From the NCBI RefSeq assembly GCF_001194135.2, contig NC_068982.1:147881740-147938644 (forward strand): a DNA stretch of 56,905 nt, given 5' to 3'. The stretch's first letter is position 1. Every line of letters begins with the position of its first letter. The position numbers and the translations under genes are program-made. The notes below the pieces were generated by a model. That model did not search any database. It was not told the DNA's origin and was given only the letters and a program-made list of their open reading frames with translations. This DNA is from Octopus bimaculoides. Taxonomy: Eukaryota. Positions 1 to 13,160 of this stretch are shown here, piece by piece.

Positions 1-52
<52 letters not shown>
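1..52. repeat. (CA)n microsatellite
   Basis: Pure CA run at window start. Confidence 0.98.
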
Positions 53-56
<4 letters not shown>

Positions 57-58
<2 letters not shown>

Positions 59-118
59 GAGTTTCGGTCTAACAAATCCACTCGCAAAGCTTTGGTCGTC
101 CGGAGATTATAGTCGTAG
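57..118 (-). mobile_element. CORE-like tRNA-SINE fragment
   Basis: gtttcggtctaacaaatccactcgcaaagctttggtcgtcc is a diverged reverse complement of the SINE body at 41140-41200. Confidence 0.7.
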
Positions 119-120
119 AT

Positions 121-606
121 AATCTAGAATGCATGCCCAAAGAAGTTGCACAACTCTACCGCAACGTATCATCAGATGAAAGGATGAGCCTATAGGAGTA
201 GAAGACTATGCATGGATATGTTACTGGAAAGCTCCGTGATGACAGTAACATTGATCATCAAAGCTGTTTATCATGGACCAATAGCCAGATTACTGCCTCC
301 CACTTTGAAGGATATGGGTTTGCAATACAAGAACAGGAAATATCAACCAAGTACCTGATGCACAAAAGGGATAGAGATCCAGGAAAAGACGTAAAATGTG
401 ACAACCGATGCCGACTTTGTAGAGTTAGCACTGAAAATATCACCTACATCATAAGCAGTTGTCCGAAAATGTCATCACAGTTATATTTACTGATGAGACA
501 TTATGTTGTAGCTAGGACACTCTATAATGAGATCTGTCGGAAGAATGTCCCAGTGAAGACCTCAGTAAAATGTAAGCACAACAGACCTGATATAATGATT
601 TTCTAA
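121..606 (+). pseudogene. R4/Dong-clade non-LTR retrotransposon remnant (C-terminal zinc knuckle + start of REL endonuclease)
   Basis: ORF 208-606: EGYGFAIQEQEISTKY, CRLC-x7-Y-x4-C (degenerate CCHC), MRHYVVAR (RHD box), HNRPDIM (REL PD motif). Confidence 0.88.
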
Positions 607-753
607 GTGATAAATATGTAAAGGCAATTTACTTAATATTTATTTTTCACTGATGTCATTACTGTTATTTCTTTATTTTCAGCAAACAAAGGGCACGAAA
701 AAAAGCTACACCTTTGCATTATGTTATATATACAATAATAATAAAGGACGTTA

Positions 754-899
754 CCGTATATACGTTTACAAACCAAGGACGTTATATAGACCTCCTTCAC
801 TCAAGTTAGAGAAAGGGTGCGTATTATACACAAGGTTTAGGTTTTTCAGAGGTACAGCCCCCTAAAAATCCCCTGCGTATTATACTCAAGGATTTACGG
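754..899. mobile_element. Tc2/pogo-like MITE
   Basis: TA|CCGTATATAC ... GATTTACGG|TA terminal inverted ends with TA duplication; internal repeat tgcgtattatac(a/t)caagg at about 818 and 874. Confidence 0.65.
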
Positions 900-963
900 T
901 ATATAAATACATATATGATATATAATTGCGCGCGCGTATGTGTGTGTGTAAACATATATATGC

Positions 964-994
<31 letters not shown>

Positions 995-1014
995 TGTGTG
1001 TGTTGAATTCACTC

Positions 1015-1790
1015 GAGATCGAAACATTGATATGTTATAGCCAGAGCCATTGATCAACCAGCGGTTCACATAGCTAGTACCATATGAGATGTTGGATGGA
1101 TTAGCGAGAGACAACTGAAACCTCTACATCAAACTGAAACTGAAACCTGGATCAGAGCTATTAATATCCCAATAAGAAAAATATTAATATTGTATTTCTT
1201 TATGAGCCTAATCATTATGCTAAATTGGAGAACATTACGTCCGAAGATCTTCACCAATAACTACTCCTATCTTCTCAAGAAACCATCGAAGAACACTCGA
1301 TCAGCCTAAAAGAGTCACTGACCCAAGTTGTAAAAGAGTTTCTCGGATTTACCAAAATTTGCCACCAAGGCCTTTCTGAAGAAATCAATCCTGAAAGTAC
1401 AACACTCTAAAAACAGAAACGATAAGCTCGTCTTCATTCACTCAATGTACAATCTGCAATTACCAAAAAGAGGAAAATATATTAAACTGTCAAATGCAAA
1501 ATTCAAAGCAACATCTCTGTAGTCCAAGAAGATTGATGGATTCCGATAGCAAGAGATTTCCAGCATTATTCTGTCCCAGCAGTCTTGAGAAACTTTTATG
1601 CTACAATCAAAGCCATCAATGGTCCTACTTTGTCTGCTATAACTCCACTCAAATCAACAAATGGGTCAACAGATTTTAAAGATGAAGATGAAGTTGCTAT
1701 CCCTAGCTATTAGACAATATTTTCGAACTCTTCTCGATTACCCAATGAAATTCAATGCTGCTGCCATCGACCGGACTCCTAATTGTTCTT
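1015..1790 (+). pseudogene. RTE (BovB-like) LINE remnant, end of APE endonuclease to pre-RT linker
   Basis: Frameshifted peptides YVIARAIDQPAVHI, SLKESLTQVVKEFLGFTKICHQ and LRNFYATIKAINGPT...PLKSTNGST match the RTE linker pattern (LGFTKRRHQDWF; FYAAIKAVYGP). Confidence 0.75.
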
Positions 1791-1838
1791 TATTATAAGA
1801 TTGATTATTTAAATCTCGTTGGAAATATGCATATTCTT

Positions 1839-1935
1839 CTGATGAGGGGTTTAGCTGGTTACTTCATTCTGTGCTGTAGACAATGTGTACAAATCTGCAG
1901 CAAATATGCAGCAGTCCTAGAAACAGCTGTAAAGC
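1839..1935 (+). other. Degenerate Penelope-type hammerhead-like motif (CTGATGA...GAAAC)
   Basis: ctgatgagggg at 1839 and cctagaaacagctgtaaag at 1916; stem II is long and imperfect. Confidence 0.25.
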
Positions 1936-2746
1936 ACTTTACATTTCATTTCAATCACTTGCCATTTTAACCAGTTACATCACAGATTTTACTTACATAC
2001 CTAGGTCAAATCAACACTAAGATTGCTTTTCTATTTTATCCTGGAGTGAACCAGTGTACACCTAAACCATTATTAGCTTTCACCCTCCGCATCAGTCCTG
2101 GTTTCCTGTTGTATTTATACTATATAATATGCTATACTATATATATGTATCATTCTTCAGTATGCTATATAAATATGCTGTACAGTGATTTTATGCGTTG
2201 AGACTACCTTGAACCCAACATCAGCTCGCCCACTACATTGCCTGTGACTAACATTTATTTATGCGGATCCTGCATCCCTGCACTTAAAGAAAGAAAAAGA
2301 AAAGCAAAAATGAAAACGTGCTTGCCAACTTTTACATATAAGCCCTTTCCTCTGTAATAATTTGTGTTAGTTGTTAAAGGTGACAAATCCCTTAGTTCTT
2401 TAGGAGCGCATTTTTTTTTTATATTACTCACTTCCAATGTATTCAAATTTCCTTATAGACACAAGGAGCGCAATTTTTAGGAAGATTTAGTTGCTATTTC
2501 TTGAGTGGTAGCGTAGAAGCTCTTGTCGGCTCAGCAACTTGTGTGTGAAATATGTAGTTGAAAGAGATGCAGGTCGGGCATAATGAGAGAAAAAAATCAA
2601 TACTCTTGCATTTAGAACTCATTTTACTACCGTAACACAATATTGCTTCTGACAGTAATAGAGATGTGAGCATAACAAAGACATAGGAAACCGAAAGTCC
2701 AAAATGACCCCAAGAATCGATATCAAAACTAACATATAGTCAACAT

Positions 2747-2785
<39 letters not shown>

Positions 2786-3801
2786 TTATGATCCTGATTC
2801 TAATTTTAATGGCTTTTCTTATTCTTCTCGTTTACCTTACCTTTTTTACTCAATATAAATGTCCGCTTAGTTGTTTAATACGATATATTGCAAAATAACT
2901 TAAATATTTATCACACTTTTCCATTTGAATGGTTTATTCAATTTACCACAATCTCCCATCAACACGTTTACATACCCCTTTGATCTTTTGACGTAAGCAA
3001 CCTTTATTTAGGATATGTATAGTCCTAGTTTTTGCAGTTACTCATTGTAAGTATTATTAGTGAATTCATGTAAATTTAATTTTAACAGCTTACCTTACCA
3101 TTATTATTAACATACATAACTATCCTTAATTAATCTATGTTTACCTGTAATAACTTGGTTTTTACCAAACAAGAACTTGCATCACTTTTTACTCTACATC
3201 TATGTGGGTATATACCTCCATGCATCTGTGACCTTTAGGGTCATTAGGACCTGCATATGCATACAGATCTCATCCAACAACTGGGAGTTTCTGGGCACCT
3301 CAACGTACTATATCATAAAAATTATTACGAGTTAATTGTAAACATCCGAAATACTGTACTTGGCCGAGACCGTTACAGAAGCTATCTCATATATTGTGGC
3401 ACCAGCCTGTGCGTAGATGTGTGGAGAATTAACTCGGCTTGCTGTTCGTTTCGTCCTCGTTCTTGAAGGCACGGAATATATTGCAATATACCTAATCCCA
3501 GTTGATGGAAACTACATTACTGCATACTTCGGTCTAGGCTTTTTTTTACTTCCATTCATAAGAGCGCATCGAAAGAGATTTGTAACTTTCACCTTTTCTT
3601 GAAACTTTAACATGGAACAGACAATTGGTCCATATTAAAAACGAGAGAAGTTCCCAGAGTGAGGGAATGTTACAATCCTACCACTCTTGCTGTTGAGCTC
3701 GAGGGCCCTGTTTCCATCGGTGACAGGATGCAGGATTTGAACTCAGAATGCAGGAGCTGAACAGTAGCGTCAAGACATTCTATCCAATGCTTCAGCACAC
3801 A

Positions 3802-3840
<39 letters not shown>

Positions 3841-4260
3841 GCGCGTGAGTGGACAGACAAAGAAAAAAGGTACTCATCAAATTTAGCAGAAGTTACATGC
3901 ATTATTTAAAACCGTTGGATCCGACTCTATGCGACTTAAAGTTTCGCAGGCCTCTAGCAGAAACCTGTTTCATTANNNNNNNNNNNNNNNNNNNNNNNNN
4001 NNNNNNNNNNNNNNNNNNNNNNNNNNNNNNNNNNNNNNNNNNNNNNNNNNNNNNNNNNNNNNNNNNNNNNNNNNNNNNNNNNNNNNNNNNNNNNNNNNNN
4101 NNNNNNNNNNNNNNNNNNNNNNNNNNNNNNNNNNNNNNNNNNNNNNNNNNNNNNNNNNNNNNNNNNNNNNNNNNNNNNNNNNNNNNNNNNNNNNNNNNNN
4201 NNNNNNNNNNNNNNNNNNNNNNNNNNNNNNNNNNNNNNNNNNNNNNNNNNNNNNNNNNNN

Positions 4261-4311
<51 letters not shown>

Positions 4312-4491
4312 CTGTTTTAAATAATATATACATATGTACGCATGTACATATAGCAACATATAGCGGCCATAATGTGTATTGTAATGTGTTTGTGTATCTA
4401 TGTAGATGTGTATATATGTGTGTGTATGTGTGTGTACACACACTTATAAACATAACTATATTTTTACACACGCACACTCACTCTCCCTCTC

Positions 4492-4553
<62 letters not shown>

Positions 4554-6159
4554 TTTATGGCAACTCAGGTAACCCATCCAAGTGTGAACTTAATCCCTTT
4601 CACGGTAGAAAAACCTTCAAAGTAAATGGAATCAAAATCTTGCACATGATGTAGTCGAATGCTGGACTATTCAACAGAATCTGGTTAATGTGTTAATATG
4701 GAAATGGGTGAGTGAATCTTTAGTGAAAAGAAAAGAAAAAAATCCTTTGCCCTTGTTGTTGGTTCGAGAGAAAGGTGAGTAAAATCTGATAGCATTAGCG
4801 AATGTTATCAGGACGAGCAGGACAATGATGATGATGACGACGATGATGATAAAATACATAAATAAGTAAGCTAAAAAAAAAAAGTGAGCGCAATAGAAGC
4901 AATGTCAAGGGTCAGAGAAACTGTATTCAGAAGCAGCCACGCTAAACTAACTAATTATGGGCGAAAATTATTAGTATGTCTAACGTTGTATTTAAAGACA
5001 AACGCGACTGGGTACCATCGTTTCATAGCTACGGGAACAAAGCGATTATATCCGTTCTTTTCCCGACATAAATAAGTAAATAACACACACACGCACACAC
5101 CTGCGCGCGCGCACATACACACACACAATCATACACACACATTGACCAATTTAAACAAACGTACTTGGTTTACCTTTGTCGAGGCTGCGTTTTCCCCCCG
5201 AGATTTCGTGCACCCAAGATTTTTTGTTTTTATATTTATCTATTTATATTTTATTTATATTTATTTATTTTCTGCTTTATAAGGTGCTTAAGATGCTCAG
5301 CTGGGTGTGAAGAAAAGGGTTGGAGACAAGTGTTATGCAGTGTTTTTGTTTTTAATTATGTTTTTGTTCGAGTTTTTTTTTCTTTTGTTTCCTCTGGTAG
5401 TTTTCTTCTATTTGATTTTGGTTTTTAAAGCTTGGCTTAGCTTTAGATATCTGTAAACCGAGCTAATGCTGAATATATGAAGGGTTCTAATCACAGGGTA
5501 GCTAATGGAAGGACCACAATACAACAGAGTTACTCGTCAGTAGCAATAACAATAACTACGCCGATAGCAACATTATCAACAACATAAATAACAACAACAG
5601 CAGCTACAAAATCAACAAATAAAACAACACCAAGCATCAGAGGCATGTAGGAGATGGAAATGGCGGTGGTGGTAATGATGGCGGTGGCGGTGATGATGGC
5701 GGTGGTGGTGGGGATGATGGCGGTGGCGGTTGCGATGGTGATGGTGCTTATGTATACCACTCCAATGTCCTTAGATGACTAAGACTTTATCGGAGCGGTT
5801 AGAAGTTAATTGTACGCGAAACAACAGGGTCTTAAACATCCCTAATAAGCACCGGAAGCCCGCGTTAGGTACAAATTGATCACTCATTCATTCTCTAATT
5901 CAGTCAGTTATTCTTCCCCGTCACTCACTCAGCTAATTCCCCACCCATTAATCCACTCATTCATACTCGCTTTCTTTTTATCTATTTCACTTGACTCTTT
6001 TTCTTCTTTACACTTACCTTATCTCTTCGCTGACGTACATGGTTGAGCTAATATTTATGGTAAGAAGCCAGGAAGCTCGGAATTTAAAGTGATTCAGTAT
6101 ATGTAATATATTGGCACCTGTGCGACAGCGTTACGTTTTTAATCATTATTATTATTATT

Positions 6160-6295
6160 TCAAAACCCACCGAGGTCGAATTTGCCTTTCAACATTTCGG
6201 AGTCTATAAAATAAGTACCCGTACAACATCAGTCTCCATGTAATCAACTTTCTGCCACCCCTAAAATCACTGGCCTTTGTGCTACAATTTGAAAC

Positions 6296-6354
<59 letters not shown>

Positions 6355-7154
6355 TTCAAATCCCACCGTGGTTGACTTTGCCCTTCATCCGTTCGGGGTC
6401 GCTGTAATCGAGTAGCACCTTACCCCAAAATTTCGGACCGTCTACCTATAGTAGAAGGAGATATTAGAGCCGTTAGCACGCCGGGAAAAATGCTTTGTGA
6501 TATTTCGTCCGTGTTTACGTTCTGAGTTCAAATTCCGCTGATGTCTACTTTGCCTCCCATCATTTCGGGACTCGATGAAATAAGTACCAATAAAATATTG
6601 GGGAGGTCAATGTAATCAACTAACCTCTTGCCCAAAATTTTATGCCTTGTGCCTATAGTGGAAAGTATTATTATTGCTGTTGAAGACAGCGAGATGGCAG
6701 AATCGTTAGTGCACCGGACAAACTGGTTAGTGGTATTTCTTCCAGCTCTTTACATTTGAGCTCAAATACTGCTGAGGTCGACTTTGTTTCATCTTTTGAC
6801 AGATGGTGCAATAAGTTTGGGAATCGATGAAATAAGAGCGCTGGTGTCGATGTTACCGATTAGAACCTTCTCCAATATTTCAGACCTTGTAAGGTTGCGA
6901 GCTAGCAGAAAAGTTAGTACGCCGGGCGAAATGTTTAGCAATATTTCGTTTGTCTTTACATTACGAGTTCAAATTCCGCCGAGGTCGACTTTGCCTTTCA
7001 TCCTTTCGGGGTCGATAAATTAAGTACTAGTTGCGTACTGGGATCGATCTAATTGACTGGGCCCCTCCCCAAAAACTTCGGGCCTTGTGCCTAGAGTAGA
7101 AATGAATATTTCAGACCTTGTGCCAGTAGTAGAAAGAATAATCATTATTATTAT
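6160..7154 (+). mobile_element. Head-to-tail array of five tRNA-derived Nin/Deu-domain-like SINE copies with (ATT)n tails
   Basis: Recurrent gagttcaaattccgccgaggtcgactttgcctttcatcctttcggggtcgataaa-type module; units at about 6160, 6355, 6467, 6680 and 6891; (ATT)n 6297-6352. Confidence 0.85.
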
Positions 7155-8149
7155 AGCTAGTTAAACAGAAGCAAAGCCCATACCCTTTACAGGCCCTCTA
7201 AGACCGTTGTGCTTGATGCTATTGATCTCCCACTTTGTAACAAGTGAATGAAACGTGCGTGTATACAGAATTCAAGAAAGTCTACCTTCTCAAAAAACAA
7301 AAACAAAAAACAAAAAAAAAACTGAGCGTAGAGTATAATGTAGAGGCGTGGTAGTGGTGGTAGACACAACATAGATGATGAGAGGAGAAGAAACGAATGA
7401 GCCGGGAGTATCTAAGTGAAGTTGGTTCGAAATCAGCCAACTTCGAAGATCAGACACTTTTTTTGGTACAGGCCAATGGTGATGGCACTTAAAAGAAAAA
7501 TGAGACATATTTCGAGCTAACGACAGGTATGCTGTGCAGTCAAAATTTTCTTCAGATTAAATCATGCAATCTTGATATGAAAAAAGCTGTTCTAGAACAA
7601 TTAGTAATGTGTGTCTCCAAAGTAAAACTTAATAGACTTCACTAAATGACTCCAACTTGCAGAAAAACTACACAAAATATGTAAATGGGTGCCAGGTAAA
7701 GGTTTTTTTAAGGATATTTTACTTTAATAAATCCTGTTAAGCTTTCCAGCTTTTTCGGAATGGTAAATTGTTTCATTGTTCGTCTCAGCGTCAGAATATC
7801 CAAATGTCACGAACATCATCGTTGTCGTAGACGTTCTCTGTCCGTGTCTGACTGTCTGTCTTTCTGTTTGTCTCTCTGTCCCTCTCTCTCTCACTTTCTC
7901 TTTTCATTCTCTTTCTCTCCATCCTTTTCTGTCCCCTCTCTTTCTTTGCAGATATACACTAATTGTGAGCTGTCTGATGATTGGTATGTTGTAACATTCG
8001 ATAATTTTATACTATATTAAATGTTGTATCCAATGAGATAGTGCAGAGAGTCGACTTGTTTAGATGATTGACACAAATTATTTGAATATACTGATAAATT
8101 TCTCAATAATTATAAATAATATAAACTACGCTCCATCCGCCGATTGAGC

Positions 8150-8400
8150 AGTTTAATGAAGATTGAAGGGAAAATGATAAGATAAGCATGGCCCCCACAG
8201 GAGGATGCTTTCGAGGTCCGTGGTGATGGATGCAGTGAAGATTTCCCATGTGAGGTCCAGGTTTCTTGTGGATGACGTATAGTTGAGGAAGGCGGTTATG
8301 GAAGAATGAGATGCTGTATCAGCTACGTCTGAATGAGTATTAATGGAAGTGACTGCATGTGGATCATTGATATATAGATGGCTGACTATGGGGATAACTA
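8150..8400 (-). pseudogene. CR1/L2-type reverse transcriptase fragment
   Basis: Minus-strand peptide LYINDPHAVTSINTHSDVADTASHSS...DLESILLWG resembles FINDL...YADD...DLENILSWG. Confidence 0.65.
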
Positions 8401-8489
8401 CTGAAGATTTGGCATGCTATAGTTGATTGAGGGTGAGACAGAGAAAGCTCTGTCAACATACACCACCGTGGTAATATTTGATCAACAAA

Positions 8490-8655
8490 TTACAATTTTG
8501 AAATCAGTCCTGTGAAGTACTGAGTTGGTCAAACGTGCCCCTCTTTGTGATTCTTGCCGCGATGTGGGTCCATTTGGTATCTCAGTTACAAAATCGTCTC
8601 CATGTTCTTTCAACACATCCACATATTCTTCTCGTAGAACTCTAATGAACCCAAC
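8490..8655 (-). pseudogene. CR1-type LINE ORF2 C-terminus
   Basis: VDVLKEHGDDFVTEIPNGPTSRQESQRGARLTNSVLH resembles the CR1 tail VDVFKxxLDxFLxxVPDEPT...NSLLHQ. Confidence 0.65.
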
Positions 8656-8888
8656 CTCAAACACACATATGTATATGTACACATACATACATACGTAGGA
8701 ATGCGTACATTTATGTATGTATGTTTGTATGTATGTGCGTATATTCATCTGTCTGTCTCTGTTTGTCTGTCTGTTTGTCTGTCTGTCTCTGTCTGTCTGT
8801 TTGTCTATGTATATATATACATGTATATGTATGTATGTACGTATGTACTACGTATGTATGTGTGTGTGTGTGTGTGTGTGTTTGCGTG

Positions 8889-8931
<43 letters not shown>

Positions 8932-9013
8932 AGTCAATTCAAAGAACAAACAATTAAAAAACAGAGAGCAAAAGAGAAAAAATGAATGTGACGCTCGATG
9001 AGAGTTGTTAAAA

Positions 9014-9036
9014 TTTCGAGCATAGCTCTTCGTCAG
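9014..9036 (-). ncRNA. Minimal hammerhead ribozyme core of Penelope type
   Basis: Reverse strand reads CTGACGA-A-GAGC-TAT-GCTC-GAAA: both catalytic boxes with a perfect 4-bp stem II. Confidence 0.55.
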
Positions 9037-9403
9037 AAAGAGAAAAGTCCAAAGAGGAAGGAGTGTGTATAATTTTGAATCAATTATTAGTTTAAATTTT
9101 ACTTCATCGCTTGGTTCAGTCAACGATTTTGACAAGGCGACGAGTCAAACTTTCAAAGTCCCAGCCAAATGTTGATTATCATCAAAGTTGAATCAACTAA
9201 GGGCATACAGAGAGAAAGAAAAGGCGAATGCGTATATGTGAATTAATATATACACGAGTGTATTAGTCTGCATACACACACTCACACACATAATTTATAT
9301 AAACATATGTATATATGCAACTATTAATAAGTATGTGTATATACATTTATATCTATAATCGTATATGTATGAATGTGTAAATATATACGTGTATATATAC
9401 ATA

Positions 9404-9461
<58 letters not shown>

Positions 9462-10032
9462 NNNNNNNNNNNNNNNNNNNNNNNNNNNNNNNNNNNNNNN
9501 NNNNNNNNNNNNNNNNNNNNNNNNNNNNNNNNNNNNNNNNNNNNNNNNNNNNNNNNNNNNNNNNNNNNNNNNNNNNNNNNNNNNNNNNNNNNNNNNNNNN
9601 NNNNNNNNNNNNNNNNNNNNNNNNNNNNNNNNNNNNNNNNNNNNNNNNNNNNNNNNNNNNNNNNNNNNNNNNNNNNNNNNNNNNNNNNNNNNNNNNNNNN
9701 NNNNNNNNNNNNNNNNNNNNNNNNNNNNNNNNNNNNNNNNNNNNNNNNNNNNNNNNNNNNNNNNNNNNNNNNNNNNNNNNNNNNNNNNNNNNNNNNNNNN
9801 NNNNNNNNNNNNNNNNNNNNNNNNNNNNNNNNNNNNNNNNNNNNNNNNNNNNNNNNNNNNNNNNNNNNNNNNNNNNNNNNNNNNNNNNNNNNNNNNNNNN
9901 NNNNNNNNNNNNNNNNNNNNNNNNNNNNNNNNNNNNNNNNNNNNNNNNNNNNNNNNNNNNNNNNNNNNNNNNNNNNNNNNNNNNNNNNNNNNNNNNNNNN
10001 NNNNNNNNNNNNNNNNNNNNNNNNNNNNNNNN

Positions 10033-10079
<47 letters not shown>

Positions 10080-10809
10080 GAGAATATACAAATAATAACA
10101 ACAGACGAGGACAGGTGGTGTAAATAACAAAAGGATATATATACATATGTATACATACATATATATGTATATATACATATACATATATATATATATACAC
10201 ACATATTTATATATGGATATGGATGTATGCATGTATCTATACATGTATGTATGTATGTATGCATATATATATATGTCTTTTGTTTTTTTGTAAATTCTCT
10301 CTCTCTACATATACATACATGCAGGTATTTGTGTGTGTGTGTGTGTGTACGCCTAATTGTATACGTATATAAAGAAAGGGTGTAAAAATTCATCTTGGCA
10401 CAGCCCTTACAATATGGATGTTACGGTGGATTTCCTGCTGAGACAACAAACGGCCTATTCTGACCCCGACAACTCAAAGTGAGGATACGCTTGACCAGAA
10501 ACGATGTCACCCTGACGGGGATAGGGGAGCTCTGACCATCAATCATAGACCCCCACAGCGTGTTCTGACTACCTTGCAGAAAATCCTCTTTATTAGTATG
10601 TTGTTGAGGTGGAGAAGGTTACCCAAATATCTTTCTCTTATTCTCCTTGTCTCTCTCTCTATTTCTGTCTCTCCCTCTCCCTGTGTGTGTGTATTCATGC
10701 TTGTCCATATATAGTATATATGCATATATATATGTATATATATATATATATACGCATATATACATACATAAATATATGTATGTGTACATATATGTATACA
10801 TATTATATA

Positions 10810-10857
<48 letters not shown>

Positions 10858-11276
10858 TATATGTGTGTGTGTGTGTGTATATATANNNNNNNNNNNNNNN
10901 NNNNNNNNNNNNNNNNNNNNNNNNNNNNNNNNNNNNNNNNNNNNNNNNNNNNNNNNNNNNNNNNNNNNNNNNNNNNNNNNNNNNNNNNNNNNNNNNNNNN
11001 NNNNNNNNNNNNNNNNNNNNNNNNNNNNNNNNNNNNNNNNNNNNNNNNNNNNNNNNNNNNNNNNNNNNNNNNNNNNNNNNNNNNNNNNNNNNNNNNNNNN
11101 NNNNNNNNNNNNNNNNNNNNNNNNNNNNNNNNNNNNNNNNNNNNNNNNNNNNNNNNNNNNNNNNNNNNNNNNNNNNNNNNNNNNNNNNNNNNNNNNNNNN
11201 NNNNNNNNNNNNNNNNNNNNNNNNNNNNNNNNNNNNNNNNNNNNNNNNNNNNNNNNNNNNNNNNNNNNNNNNNNNN

Positions 11277-11400
11277 ATACCGAAGTTCAGAAATAGCAGC
11301 TAAAAAAGCTGAGAATCCCACAGATAGCATCACTTAGTTACAAGTGATGCTATCTGTGGGATTCTCAGCTTTTTTAGCTGCTATTTCTGAACTTCGGTAT
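11277..11400. repeat. Perfect 59-bp inverted repeat with 6-nt loop
   Basis: Arm 11277-11335 is the exact reverse complement of 11342-11400; loop agttac; the left arm abuts an N-gap. Confidence 0.97.
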
Positions 11401-12402
11401 ATGGTGAAGCAAATATTTGCTGATCCCTTAATTATATATTTATAAATATATATGAGCTTTTAAATAAGTTCTCCACCAATAATGGTGCTTTCATACCGAT
11501 GGGCTTGGTAAAAATTGTTAATTGTTAATTGGTTTATTAATTAATAAATTGATAATCCTTTACCCTTTTAATTTGTAATATATATATATAGATAGATAGA
11601 TATATGAATACACATATATGTATCTATATTCATATGCATATATTTGTGTTGATACACATATTTCGTTCTATATTAATACACGTATATGTATATAAGTCCA
11701 TTTGTGCGTGATGTGATGTGTATGTTTGTATGTGTGCGTGTAGTGTATCATATATACCTATACACATATACACACACATGTATACATGCACATACACAAA
11801 CATGTACATAGAAATACGTGTAATGATACTTGAATGTGTATACGATACCCACATATGTAGACAGCTATGTACGTTTTTATATATACATACTTATGTATAT
11901 GTGTGTGTGTGTGTGTGTTTGTGTGTGTATAGATATGCATATATTGACATGCGTGTGCGTGTGAGTGTGCGTAGATAGATACAGATTATAGGGAGTCAAA
12001 CATCAATTTCTCAACAGAAACATTGATTAATCATATTGCATTCATTTAAACGTTCACAGCAGTGAGATTCACGCCACATTGAGTATCAAGAAAAAATTTT
12101 GGTATATATATATATATCGAACCTGGTTTCTTTCTCTTGTGTTATCTCGTCACTAAATGATTTAGTCTGTAGCAAAACACGATATGATTTATCAAAAGAT
12201 AAGCAAGGGCACTATTATCATTGATGTGGCGAGAGATAAGCGGCATTCAGTGGAAAATTCTTCGAAACTAGTATGTGATTGCGACAAAGAAAGGTGAGCC
12301 GCATTTTTGATAAGAAGACAATTATCCAAAGAGCGAATGTGATAATGGCTTCAATCCTTTCTGCAATAGGCAAAAGGCCTGAATTCTGGTGGGGCGGGCG
12401 CA

Positions 12403-12492
12403 AATTGATTACTTCCTCGGTGGAATTTGATCTCAGAGCATAGCGACGGGCGAAATACCGCTAAGCATTTCGTCTAGCGTCCTAACGATTCT
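12403..12492 (-). mobile_element. Nin/Deu-like SINE 5' head fragment
   Basis: cctcggtggaatttgatctcagagc...gaaataccgctaagcatttcgtc...ctaacgattct is the reverse complement of the head seen at 6895-6985. Confidence 0.7.
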
Positions 12493-12934
12493 AAGTATAA
12501 GGTTATAAGTATAAGGTTTACTATATTTTATTATATTTTATTCACTCGAATGTCTTGCTCGCGTACAAATCAACGTGCTTTCATGTAAGAATATTTTTTC
12601 GTGGTTTTAGGCTTCTTCTGTCATTTTTAGCATGTAAGAAATCCACATGATGGGTTTCTCTTCGTGTATGTTTCATACACTATTATAATTTTAAAATATT
12701 TATGTCTTCTGACTCTTATTGCGCATGCTAGCCACTGGTAAATAATTATTTCATAATTTTTACCCTTATATTTATAGTTATGTATATAAATACGTTTTTT
12801 TTCTTAGCTTTATTTTAAATCAAAATTTTAAAACAAGTTTTATACATTATTATCAATCAAAGGGATACTAATTTGTTCACATTTTGACTATAGAGGATAA
12901 AAAGATAGATAGAGATCCTTCCCAAATCATATAA

Positions 12935-13160
12935 ACTCATAGAGCCGTTTTCCCGGTTTCCATGGCATTTATACTCCCCACCTGGACGGGACGCCGATTC
13001 GTCGCAGGATTACTCATTTTTGCCAGCTGAGTGGAATGGAGCAACGCGAAATGAAGTGTTTTGCCCAAGAACAGAATGCATCATCCAGTCCAGGAATCAA
13101 AACAAGAACTTTACGATCATGAGTCCAACACACTCTAACCGCTAATCCACGTGCCTCCAC
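12935..13160 (-). mobile_element. tRNA-CORE-Meta-like SINE, near full length
   Basis: Reverse complement of the family at 34224 and 36745; head gtggaggcacgtggattagcggttag, middle gagtaatcctgcgacgaatcggcgtcccgtccagg. Confidence 0.8.

Noticed and set aside
3160-3620. Higher-complexity island with GESYKSLS (Harbinger/Tc1-like) on the minus strand
   Set aside because: No downstream motifs or TIRs could be traced; left unassigned. A tBLASTx/Dfam search would decide.
8482-8748. ORF with a protein-like stretch (LREEYVDVLKEHGDDFV) as a host exon
   Set aside because: Better explained as a CR1 ORF2 C-terminus; the N-terminal part is microsatellite.
10390-10620. GC-richer island between microsatellites
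   Set aside because: No convincing splice pair or recognisable peptide in six frames; unassigned. The same holds for 13260-13480 and 20820-21050.
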